Shown here in pieces: positions 1-8,051 of a stretch of DNA of 48,852 nt. The position numbers and the translations under genes were made by a program. This stretch comes from an uncultured bacterium (GTDB lineage Bacteria; Acidobacteriota; Thermoanaerobaculia; Multivoradales; JAHZIX01), in the NCBI GenBank assembly GCA_965368975.1, contig CBDUPA010000031.1:1-48852 (forward strand), in the 5' to 3' direction. The notes under the pieces were generated by a model. That model was not told the DNA's origin. It searched no databases and was given only the letters and a program-made list of their open reading frames with translations. How positions within the stretch are numbered: the stretch's first letter is position 1; each line of letters opens with the position of its first letter.

Positions 1-820
1 GAAGGTATCCGCGCTACCCGGAGGAATCGGCGTGTTGCAGTAGTCCGCATCCGGCTGGTACGTCAGGTCAGCGCCGCCATTCGTGATCACCACCGTGCCG
101 TTGGCAGGCTGCGTCACACTCGTGACCAGGAACGCATCACCTTCCGGATCGCTGTCATTGTTCAGCACGTCGATCGTCGTCGCCGGATCGTCTTCGGTCA
201 CCGTCGCCGTGTCGTCGATGGCATCAGCCGGATCGTCGGCGCAGGTCACCGTCACGCTCACCGTCGCAGTGTCCCCACCCGTGATCGTGTAGGTGAAGGT
301 ATCCGCGCTACCCGGAGGAATCGGCGTGTTGCAGTAGTCCGCATCCGGCTGGTACGTCAGGTCAGCGCCGCCATTCGTGATCACCACCGTGCCGTTGGCA
401 GGCTGCGTCACACTCGTGACCAGGAACGCATCACCTTCCGGATCGCTGTCATTGTTCAGCACGTCGATCGTCGTCGCCGGATCGTCTTCGGTCACCGTCG
501 CCGTGTCGTCCACCGCCACCGCGGGGTCGTCGAGACACGTTACGGTCACGCTCACCGTCGCCACCGAGCCACCATTCAAGGTGTAGGTGAACGTATCGGC
601 CACACCTGGCGGAATTGGCGTGTTGCAGTAATTCAGATCCGGCGTGTAACTGACGCTGACACCACCATTGTTGACCACGGTGCCGTTGGCAGGCTGCGTC
701 ACCGCGGTAATGGTCATCACACCACCGTCGGGATCGGTATCGTTGGCCAGTACGTCGAGTACGGTGGCACCGGAGTCTTCGTTGACGGTGGCCGCATCGT
801 CGACCCCCACCGGCGGCAGG
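1..820. repeat. Coding tandem repeat, 294-bp period
   Basis: 1-216 is identical to 295-510; a more diverged copy lies at about 589-820. Confidence 0.92.
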
Positions 821-1635
821 GCACTGGTGTCGACGTCGTAGCGCAAGAAGAGGAAGGTGCCGTCGGGGTGGAAAGCAGCGAAGATGCTCAGGAGATCCGA
901 ATTGCCAGCACCTCCGGCCGTGGCGTCACTGAACTGCGCATCAGCGGCTCCGGCCCAATCTCCCACCAGACCGTCGAGTACGATGATGCCGGCAGCCAGT
1001 GCGGTTCCGCCAGAGGCCAGGACCAGCAGCACGGCTAGCACTGAAGTCACCGCTCGACGCTGGCGGCGGAGTTGCCAGGCTGCGGCAACCAGGAGCAGTG
1101 CCATCAGCAACAGCAGAGAGACTTCAGACAGAGTCGGGATCTCGATCGCGCTCTGGCTGACGGCGACGCTCAGATCGAGCACCGCGTCGACGTTGGACAT
1201 GCCGTCGTCCGCTTCGACCGCTAAGCGGACAGTACCGGCGGTGAACGGAGCAGCGAATGGGTAGTACGTCTCGACGACGTCGGCTCCGAACAAGCCAGTC
1301 CCCGCCCCGACCGCCCACGGCGTCGCGAAGTCGGCCACCGGAATCGCCGCACCAAAGGTGTCCGTCACCGGATCGATACACACCTGCCGGCTGACAGCAG
1401 TGACCTGCAGACCAGTGGTGACGGTCAGCAGAATCTCCTCGACACCGCTGAAGGCCCCGTCCACGGTGGCGACGTCACAGCCGGTAGCCATGTTGCCGTC
1501 GAGGTCCAGGTAGGCGCGATAATCGACGGCGGCTGCCGGCGATGCCAGAAGCACGGCAAGGAACGCCAGCACAAGCAGGCGGGACATCGGACACACCGCA
1601 ACCCGACGTGAAGAAGTGGTTCGGCTCAGACGCAT
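1..1635 (-). CDS. Large surface protein (3' end outside window): signal peptide, internal IPTL-CTERM motif, tandem ~98-aa cadherin/Ig-like (Big_9-type) repeats
   Basis: Read manually; absent from the ORF track. ATG at 1635 with AGGAG upstream. Signal-like RLLVLAFLAVLLASPAAA; IPTLSEVSLLLLMALLLVAAAWQLRRQRR at 1140-1054; repeats AVDDTATVTEDD..IDVLNNDSDPEGD..VTQPANGTV..TYQPDADYC..DTFTYT. Frame stays open to position 1. Confidence 0.88.
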   Translation of the reverse strand, partial: MRLSRTTSSRRVAVCPMSRLLVLAFLAVLLASPAAAVDYRAYLDLDGNMATGCDVATVDGAFSGVEEILLTVTTGLQVTAVSRQVCIDPVTDTFGAAIPVADFATPWAVGAGTGLFGADVVETYYPFAAPFTAGTVRLAVEADDGMSNVDAVLDLSVAVSQSAIEIPTLSEVSLLLLMALLLVAAAWQLRRQRRAVTSVLAVLLVLASGGTALAAGIIVLDGLVGDWAGAADAQFSDATAGGAGNSDLLSIFAAFHPDGTFLFLRYDVDTSALPPVGVDDAATVNEDSGATVLDVLANDTDPDGGVMTITAVTQPANGTVVNNGGVSVSYTPDLNYCNTPIPPGVADTFTYTLNGGSVATVSVTVTCLDDPAVAVDDTATVTEDDPATTIDVLNNDSDPEGDAFLVTSVTQPANGTVVITNGGADLTYQPDADYCNTPIPPGSADTFTYTITGGDTATVSVTVTCADDPADAIDDTATVTEDDPATTIDVLNNDSDPEGDAFLVTSVTQPANGTVVITNGGADLTYQPDADYCNTPIPPGSADTF

Positions 1636-1828
1636 TGGATCGGCTCTCCTTCCCGCGATATTGCCTGCTGGTGCCGAAACACCCTTCCGTTGCAGGTCAA
1701 CCTACGGGGAATTGACGGTCTTCTCTGCGGACGTACTTGCAGATGGTAGCACGCAGTGCCTTGCTCAGCCCCTCACGGGAATACAATTCCCCGCATCGAG
1801 AAATCACCGCAACTTCGCAATCTACCTG

Positions 1829-2434
1829 TCACATCCGCACTCCATCTTCCGGCTCCCCCCACTTCTCGACGCCATAACGCCAGAGTCGCAGTCCGTGCGG
1901 CCAGGCGTCAGCAGGTAGATCGGCTTTCTGCTTGAGCCGTGCCAGGAATTCGCCGGGACGCGGGAACATGTCCCAGACTTGCGGCAGGAAGGTACCGCGA
2001 TGTCCACCCGCTTCCAAAACCAGACCGTCGACGGCCGGACGCAGGAGCTGTACCACCTCGTCCTCGCGCACGGCAGGCAGAGATTCCAGCGGTGACAGTA
2101 AGGAAACCTCCACGCGCGTGTGGTCCAGCTCACCGGAACTCATGGGTGGGAAGCGCGGATCCTCGAAGGCCGCGGCCCGCGCGTTGCGGCACACGTCTTC
2201 GCGCAGCGGTCGATGCGCTTCGATGGTACCGATGCAGCCGCGCAGCCGCCGTGCCTCCTCGGGCGTGTCCTGCGTCAGCGTGACGAAGGTCGCTGCCGGT
2301 GCCGCCAGCCAAACGACCTCGTCCGCACTCAGGTCGAGTGACGGTAGCGGCCGTCCCGGGTTCAGGTTGGAGATCAGGGTACTGCGCGCCAGAGCCAGTA
2401 GGATTTCGCCCTGGCGTGCTGGGGTTGGGGTCAC
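1829..2434 (-). CDS. amrA: AmmeMemoRadiSam system protein A (AMMECR1 family)
   Basis: Motifs ATFVTL..LRGCIG, AAFEDPRFPP, VEVSLLS, DGLVL..GTFLPQVW, LKQKA. GTG at 2434 overlaps the upstream TGA and has AAGGAG upstream. Confidence 0.92.
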   Translation of the reverse strand: MTPTPARQGEILLALARSTLISNLNPGRPLPSLDLSADEVVWLAAPAATFVTLTQDTPEEARRLRGCIGTIEAHRPLREDVCRNARAAAFEDPRFPPMSSGELDHTRVEVSLLSPLESLPAVREDEVVQLLRPAVDGLVLEAGGHRGTFLPQVWDMFPRPGEFLARLKQKADLPADAWPHGLRLWRYGVEKWGEPEDGVRM

Positions 2435-3282
2435 GAAGAAGCTCCTTGGAAGGCGGCAGCTCGGAACGAGACAGCCGCGTACCCTACGACCTGCTCGCGG
2501 TCGCCGTAGGTATCGCCTGAGTTGCGCAGATCGAGCAAGTGCGGCTCGAAACCATGCCGGTGCGCCCACGTCAGCGCGCCGTTGAGGGCATAGGCACCAC
2601 AGGCCTGGCGTGGGTGCAAGTCGTGGTCGAAAGCCAGGATCGCGTCGACGGTGGCGCGGTCGGTCCGGCAGGCCTCGTCATATGGCAGGAAGTGCGACAG
2701 GTCCGTGCTGACCACCACGCGGAGTTCCGGATCGACGCGCCATGCCGCCTCGAGCACCGCCGCCACCTGCTCAGGATCGGCCCAGCCGACGACTAGCGGC
2801 AACAGGGTGAAGGCATCGCCCCACAGTACCTGCAGGAACGGTAGCTCAACTTCCAGTGAGTGCTCCTGCACGTGCGCCGGATCCTCGACCAGCACGCCGG
2901 GCAAGTCGCGCACCGCCGCGACCAATCCGGCATCCAGCTGGACGCGGCCGAGCGGAGTGTCGAAGGCCTTGGCGGACGGCAGCGCGATACCGTAGAAACG
3001 GTGATAGTGCGACGGGCCGATCACCACGACACGCTGTCGCGAGTCCGATGCTGGCTGCGCCATACCGACCGAGCCCCAAGCAGCGAAAGCACTGCCAGCG
3101 ATCGGCCCCGAGAAGTCGTAGCCGGCATGCGGAGCGATCAGCATCGGTGCCGGGCGAGGTTCGGCCCCATGCTCGTGCAAGAGGCCCTCGCGCAAGAAAC
3201 CTTCGACTTGCTGCCGCAGCGCAGCCGCATCGCCAGTGTAGAAGCGCCCGGCGACGGCCGGCGGGCGAACGGTAGTACCCAT
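2431..3282 (-). CDS. amrB: AmmeMemoRadiSam system protein B (MEMO1 family)
   Basis: Motifs RPPAVAGRFY, IAPHAGYDFSG, GPSH, TPLG, EHSLEVELPFLQ, STDLSH, ACG, VVGYA. Confidence 0.94.
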   Translation of the reverse strand: MGTTVRPPAVAGRFYTGDAAALRQQVEGFLREGLLHEHGAEPRPAPMLIAPHAGYDFSGPIAGSAFAAWGSVGMAQPASDSRQRVVVIGPSHYHRFYGIALPSAKAFDTPLGRVQLDAGLVAAVRDLPGVLVEDPAHVQEHSLEVELPFLQVLWGDAFTLLPLVVGWADPEQVAAVLEAAWRVDPELRVVVSTDLSHFLPYDEACRTDRATVDAILAFDHDLHPRQACGAYALNGALTWAHRHGFEPHLLDLRNSGDTYGDREQVVGYAAVSFRAAAFQGASS

Positions 3283-3325
3283 GTCTCCAATCTACCGCCC
3301 GCCGCCGTAGTGTGCAACGCGTCGC

Positions 3326-4882
3326 CTATTCGACACCGCCCATCAGTTTCTTGACGAATGGGCTGATCATCAACATCACGACACCGAAGCCGGCGGTCGT
3401 CATGGCCACGGAACCGAACAGCTGCGGCAGCGGCAGGTTCTCGAACTGACCACCGATCAAGCCGCCGACCAGATTGCCCAGCGCCGTACCCATGAACCAG
3501 ATCCCCATCATCTGCCCCACGTAGCGCCGCGGTGCCAGCTTGGTCATCGACGACAGACCCACCGGACTCAAACACAACTCTCCAGTAGTGTGGAGGAAGT
3601 ACGTGACCACCAGCCACATCGGACTGACCAGGTTGCCTTGCTGAGCCTGCATGGCGCCCCAAGCGATAACGGCGAACCCGGCACCGAGCTGGATCAAGCC
3701 GAGCGCGAACTTGGCTGGAGTCGACGGCTGACGCTTGCCGAGCCAGATCCACAGATAGCCGAACAGCGGCGCCAGCAGGATGATGAACAGTGGGTTGATG
3801 CTCTGGTAGTAGCTGGCCGGTACGTCCCAGCCCAGAACGTTGTTGTCGGTGTTGTGTTCGGCGAACAGGTTGAGCGAAGAACCCGCCTGCTCGAAGCCGG
3901 ACCAGAAAAGCGCGGCTCCCACGAACAGCACCGCAATCACCGCCATGCGTTTCTTCTCCGGCCCAGTGAGGCCGCCGAAGAGCGCGATGCCGAGGATGTA
4001 ACCAAGACCGAGCAGTCCCATGCTGACGCCCAAGCCATAGGCGACGTTCTTCAGCGTCAAGGTGTAGGTGCCCGCCAGGCTCAGCCCCCAAGCGGCTGCA
4101 GCCAAGACCCCGACCACCAGGGTCACGTTGACGATCATGCGCTTGGCCTTCGTCAACTCTGCCGGCGTCGTCTGTGCCTCGCTCAGCTCACCAGCACCCT
4201 GGAGGTGACGCGTCCCGAGCACGTACTGAATCAGCCCCAGGACCATGCCGACACCAGCGGCGGCGAAGCCGTAGTGCCAGTTGCCCTCGACGGAAATACC
4301 GAGGAAAGCGATCTCGAAGCCCTGGCCAAGGCCGCCGCAGATGAGGGGACCAGCGAAAGCACCGATGTTGATACCGCTGTAGAACACCGAGAAGCCAGCG
4401 TCACGACGGGCTGCCAAACGGCTGCGTTCTTCTGCGGGCGTCTCGTCGCCGTCCTCGGCCATCGGGTAGAGATCGCCGACGATGGCACTGACGTTGGGCT
4501 TGAGCAGACCGGTTCCGATGACGATCAGGATCAGGCCGCCAAAGAAAGAAGCAGTGCTCTCGATCGCCATGCTGAAGTGACCAGCAGCGATGATGATGCC
4601 GCCAATCAACACCGCCCGCCGTTGCCCGATCAGGCGATCGGCGATCCAGCCACCGGGCAAAGCCAACAGGTACACGAAGCCGGTGTACAGCCCATAGATG
4701 GCGCCGGCCGTCTCGGCATCCAGACCCATCCCTGGGTTCTCGCCCGCCACCGCCGCGGTCATGTAGAGAATGAGCAGGGCGCGCATGCCGTAGTAGCTGA
4801 GGCGCTCCCACATCTCGGTGAAGAAGAGCGTAGACAGGCCCACGGGATGCCCGGGAAAGAAACGGGTGAACAGGTTCTGCAT
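3326..4882 (-). CDS. POT/PTR family proton-dependent oligopeptide MFS transporter
   Basis: EMWERLSYYGMR (ExxER motif), GGWIADRLIG, GTGLLKPN, FYSGINIG, ELCLSPVGLS. Start placed at MQNLF (4882). Confidence 0.95.
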   Translation of the reverse strand: MQNLFTRFFPGHPVGLSTLFFTEMWERLSYYGMRALLILYMTAAVAGENPGMGLDAETAGAIYGLYTGFVYLLALPGGWIADRLIGQRRAVLIGGIIIAAGHFSMAIESTASFFGGLILIVIGTGLLKPNVSAIVGDLYPMAEDGDETPAEERSRLAARRDAGFSVFYSGINIGAFAGPLICGGLGQGFEIAFLGISVEGNWHYGFAAAGVGMVLGLIQYVLGTRHLQGAGELSEAQTTPAELTKAKRMIVNVTLVVGVLAAAAWGLSLAGTYTLTLKNVAYGLGVSMGLLGLGYILGIALFGGLTGPEKKRMAVIAVLFVGAALFWSGFEQAGSSLNLFAEHNTDNNVLGWDVPASYYQSINPLFIILLAPLFGYLWIWLGKRQPSTPAKFALGLIQLGAGFAVIAWGAMQAQQGNLVSPMWLVVTYFLHTTGELCLSPVGLSSMTKLAPRRYVGQMMGIWFMGTALGNLVGGLIGGQFENLPLPQLFGSVAMTTAGFGVVMLMISPFVKKLMGGVE

Positions 4883-5072
4883 GTGTCGGTCTCCGTCGGG
4901 GTGCGATTTCCGGCTGAGCAAGTCAACCGAGCAAAGGCGGTCGATCCTGGGACCAGTCCGGCGGCCGGACCGGCGATATCGTGCTTCGAGTCCGTTGGTT
5001 AGAACGCGCGTAGGATACCTCAAATATTCCGGCGTCCCTAACCCTGGCAGGGGAACGACTTAAAGCATGCCG

Positions 5073-5081
5073 TGGTAGCAT
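5073..5081 (+). promoter_or_regulatory. Possible extended -10 element (TGgTAGCAT) for the amidase/actin operon
   Basis: TGnTAnnnT pattern about 70 nt upstream of ATG 5150 in a divergent intergenic region. Confidence 0.3.
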
Positions 5082-5149
5082 TGAACGTTCGGTGATCAAG
5101 AGAAAGCTCGGCCTTGGACCGAGTTCACGCCGAGAGGAAACTGAGTGCG

Positions 5150-6175
5150 ATGCCCCGCAAGGACCAACTCAAGAGGAAGCTGCTACGGCAGGCGGTGCGC
5201 GAGGACCTGGAGACTCGCGGCGGCCTGGTGCCGCGCCGGTTGCGTCGCGGCTACCGTTGGCGGCGCGTCGGTCTGCGCGTCGGCGTCGCGGCGCTGGTCC
5301 TGCTGCTGCTCGGTGGATCCGCCTGGCTACTCACCGAGGTGATGGCCGGGCCGGACGAGATGCTGGTAGTCACGCAGCTGATCGAGACGCCGGCAGCGAT
5401 GAGTACCGACGGTGCCGCGGCGACCACGGTCCTGCCACCCGAGATGCTGCCGGTACCGGGCGGCGTCGACCCTTCGATGCTCAGCCTGGGTGTGCGCCGG
5501 ATCATCCTCGATCCTGGTCACGGCGGCGTCAACGTCGGCACGGTGGCCCCCGGTGGCCTGCAAGAGAAAGAGATCACCCTCGACGTCGGCCTGCGCCTGC
5601 GCGAGCTACTGGTCGAGGGCGGCTTCGACGTGCGCATGACACGCGAGACCGACGAGGTCGTGGACCTCGACGCACGCACTCACTTCGCCAACCAGGAGAC
5701 CGGTGACATTTTCGTCTCGATCCATGTCAACTGGCTGGAAACGCGCAACGTGCGGGGTGTCGAGACCTACTACCTGGGCCCCACCAATGACCCCTACCTG
5801 CGGCGCATCGCGGCCGCCGAGAATCGCGGCTCCAGCTATTCGCTGGCCGATTTTCGCAATCTGATGGACACACTCTACGCTGGCGTGCGCCAGGAAGAGT
5901 CGCGTGCCCTGGCCGAGGCCATGCAACGCCGTCTGTTCCGCTCGCTGCGTCAACTCAACCCCCAATTGCGCGACCGAGGGGTCAAGACGGCACCTTTTGT
6001 GGTATTGCTGTCTACCGAAATGCCGGCTGTACTCGTCGAGGTCGCGGCTTTGTCCAATCGTGAGGAGGCGCAGTTGCTGTCCAAACCCTTTTATCGTCAG
6101 TTCATCGCACAGGCCCTGTTCGAAGGCATTCGCGCCTACGCGGAAAGCCTGGTTGCAACCGAGGAGACTTCATGA
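5150..6175 (+). CDS. Membrane-anchored N-acetylmuramoyl-L-alanine amidase (Amidase_3)
   Basis: IILDPGHGG, EKEITLDV, MTRETD, FVSIHVN, MPAVLVEV, so zinc and catalytic residues are present. Basic N-terminus followed by one hydrophobic helix. Confidence 0.93.
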   Translation: MPRKDQLKRKLLRQAVREDLETRGGLVPRRLRRGYRWRRVGLRVGVAALVLLLLGGSAWLLTEVMAGPDEMLVVTQLIETPAAMSTDGAAATTVLPPEMLPVPGGVDPSMLSLGVRRIILDPGHGGVNVGTVAPGGLQEKEITLDVGLRLRELLVEGGFDVRMTRETDEVVDLDARTHFANQETGDIFVSIHVNWLETRNVRGVETYYLGPTNDPYLRRIAAAENRGSSYSLADFRNLMDTLYAGVRQEESRALAEAMQRRLFRSLRQLNPQLRDRGVKTAPFVVLLSTEMPAVLVEVAALSNREEAQLLSKPFYRQFIAQALFEGIRAYAESLVATEETS

Positions 6176-7221
6176 GCGGCAACAACGTGAAGGAGCAAAG
6201 CGCCGGCGTCTTGCACGTGGGCATCGATCTGGGCACGTCCCGCAGTTCGGTGTCCGCGTCCAACAACGAGCGCCATGTCATCGACAGCTACGTCGGCTGG
6301 CCGGTCGACATGGTGGCGCGCAAAGTGCTCAAGCGGGAAGTATTGGTGGGCCGTGACGCCCTCGACAACCGTCCGATGCTCGACCTTCATCGCCCACTGG
6401 AACACGGCCTGATCAAGGAAGGCTCCGAGCGCGACGAGCAAGCCGTGCGCGAGCTTCTGCGCCACCTGCTGGTGCTCGCCGGCGTCACGCCGGACACGCG
6501 CAAGAGCTTGCAGGTGCGGGCGGTGGTCGGCGTACCGGCCGAAGCGATGCGCTACAACAAACAGAGCGTACGCGACGCGATCCGTGGCCTGGTCGACAGC
6601 CTGATGATCGTCTCCGAGCCGTTCGCCGTCGCCTACGGCATCGACGAGCTGGTGCACTCGATGATCATCGACTCCGGCGCCGGTAGCACCGACTTCTGCG
6701 TCTTGAGCGGCCGCTACCCCACCGAGAAAGAGCAGCGCACGCTGACCAACGCCGGTGATTGGGTCGACCAACAGCTCTCGACTCTACTGACCGAAAAGCA
6801 CCCGGAAGCCACCTTCTCGATCCATATGGTCCGCGAGTGGAAAGAAAGCTTCGGCTTCGTCGGGGAAGCCAAGGAACCCGTGCTCGTGACCATGCCGGTC
6901 GAGGGCAAGCCGACGGAGATCGACATCACCGCCGAGATGCGCGCCGCCTGTGAGGGGTTGATCCCACCCCTCGCCGAGACCATGGTCGACTTGTTGAGCC
7001 GCATTGAGCCCGAGTACCAGGCCCGCGTGCGTCAGAACATTGTCCTCTCCGGCGGCACCGCCCTGATCCAAGGTCTCGGCGGCAAGCTACAGCAGAACCT
7101 CACCGATGTCGGCGGCGGCCGGGTGCGCGTGGTCAAGGACCCGATCTACGTGGGTTCCGACGGTGCGCTGGCGATCGCACTGGATGCGGGCGAGGCGGAT
7201 TGGGAGAAGCTCACAGAGTAG
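6172..7221 (+). CDS. MamK-like bacterial actin (MreB/MamK superfamily)
   Basis: GIDLGTS (phosphate 1), VVGVPA, VSEPFAVAYG, IIDSGAGSTD (phosphate 2), AGDWVD, NIVLSGG (adenosine). Length 349 aa and many segments match MamK as I recall it better than MreB. Confidence 0.88.
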   Translation: MSGNNVKEQSAGVLHVGIDLGTSRSSVSASNNERHVIDSYVGWPVDMVARKVLKREVLVGRDALDNRPMLDLHRPLEHGLIKEGSERDEQAVRELLRHLLVLAGVTPDTRKSLQVRAVVGVPAEAMRYNKQSVRDAIRGLVDSLMIVSEPFAVAYGIDELVHSMIIDSGAGSTDFCVLSGRYPTEKEQRTLTNAGDWVDQQLSTLLTEKHPEATFSIHMVREWKESFGFVGEAKEPVLVTMPVEGKPTEIDITAEMRAACEGLIPPLAETMVDLLSRIEPEYQARVRQNIVLSGGTALIQGLGGKLQQNLTDVGGGRVRVVKDPIYVGSDGALAIALDAGEADWEKLTE

Positions 7222-7231
7222 AGAGAATATG

Positions 7232-7365
7232 GCTACAGGCCTACCCCTACCCAGATCTCGGATTCAGATCTCCGGGTAGGGGCATCCCCATGTGAGTGTC
7301 CTGAGCACGGGTTGGGAGACGCAGGCTATGAGAAGGGCTGCGGGGCCACCGAGCTCTCCCTACCC
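7232..7365. repeat. GTAG-type REP-like palindromic elements between convergent genes
   Basis: Inverted repeat cccctaccc-agatct...agatct-cc-gggtagggg at 7244-7282, gtaggggcatccccatgtgagtgtcc following it, and a further ccctaccc near 7358. Confidence 0.5.
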
Positions 7366-7377
7366 AGGCGGTTCAGG

Positions 7378-8022
7378 TCAGGTGTCCAGTTCTTCCTGCT
7401 GCCGCCGCTCCTTGAGCGCCGACCAGATCAACCAGCCGCCACCGAGCATCAGCAGCACCGGCCAGTTGCGCCGGAACACGTCCCAGTCGAAGAAGTTGTA
7501 CTCTTCGAGTAGCTGCAACAGGCCGAGCACGAAGATCACGAGGCCGGCGATCATGGTGCCGTTGCCGGGCTTGCCCGGTTTGGCCGCGTCCAGCATTCCC
7601 AGGTCGGCCGCGTAGCCGTGATTGATCAGGTTGGCCTGGCGGTAGGCGTCCAGGACGTTGAACATCCAGGTGAAGGCGATGGCAAAGCCGAAGATCGGTG
7701 AACCGGTCTCGTGCACCATCGCGATGCAGGCGCCGAAGATCAGGAACAGAACGACGCCGCGCTGGTACAGGCCATTGTAAATGTGCCCCATGCCCGGGAA
7801 GAAGGCGAGAAAGGCGGCCAGGGCCGGGCTCTTCTGATTCGGAGACCGGGGGGGTTCCGGGGAGTAGCCCGCCTGGTACGGCGGCGGCGCGTAGTGAGGT
7901 GGCGGCGGCGGACTGCTCGGCGCGCTGTTCGCCGGCTCTGCAGCCGTAGCGGTAGCCGATTCGCCTGCTGGAGGGGCAGGGTCGGAAGTGTTGGCAGTGT
8001 CACGGGTTTCTTCATCAGCCAT
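7378..8022 (-). CDS. Membrane protein with Pro-rich N-terminus, TM2-like segment and C-terminal LiaF/DUF5668-like domain
   Basis: KSPALAAFLAFFPGMGHIYNG; GLVIFVLGLLQLL...NWPVLLMLGGGWLI; AAGGAG before ATG 8022; third gene of the ECF operon. Confidence 0.7.
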   Translation of the reverse strand: MADEETRDTANTSDPAPPAGESATATAAEPANSAPSSPPPPPHYAPPPYQAGYSPEPPRSPNQKSPALAAFLAFFPGMGHIYNGLYQRGVVLFLIFGACIAMVHETGSPIFGFAIAFTWMFNVLDAYRQANLINHGYAADLGMLDAAKPGKPGNGTMIAGLVIFVLGLLQLLEEYNFFDWDVFRRNWPVLLMLGGGWLIWSALKERRQQEELDT

Positions 8023-8051
8023 GGGGTGCTCCTTATGGGGGAAATCCGAGG

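Noticed and set aside
1-820. 294-bp repeats as a CRISPR array or non-coding repeat; plus-strand ORFs 83-292 and 377-586
   Set aside because: The period is a multiple of 3, there are no spacers, and the minus strand encodes Ig-like domains. The plus-strand ORFs are antisense shadows.
3590-5002. 470-aa plus-strand ORF
   Set aside because: Antisense to the clear POT transporter; typical high-GC shadow ORF.
5150-7221. Magnetosome island
   Set aside because: No other mam, mms or feo genes are in the window; only the actin resembles MamK.
6172-7221. Plasmid ParM or canonical mreB
   Set aside because: No ParR or centromere repeats, no mreCD, chromosomal context, and motifs differ from MreB.
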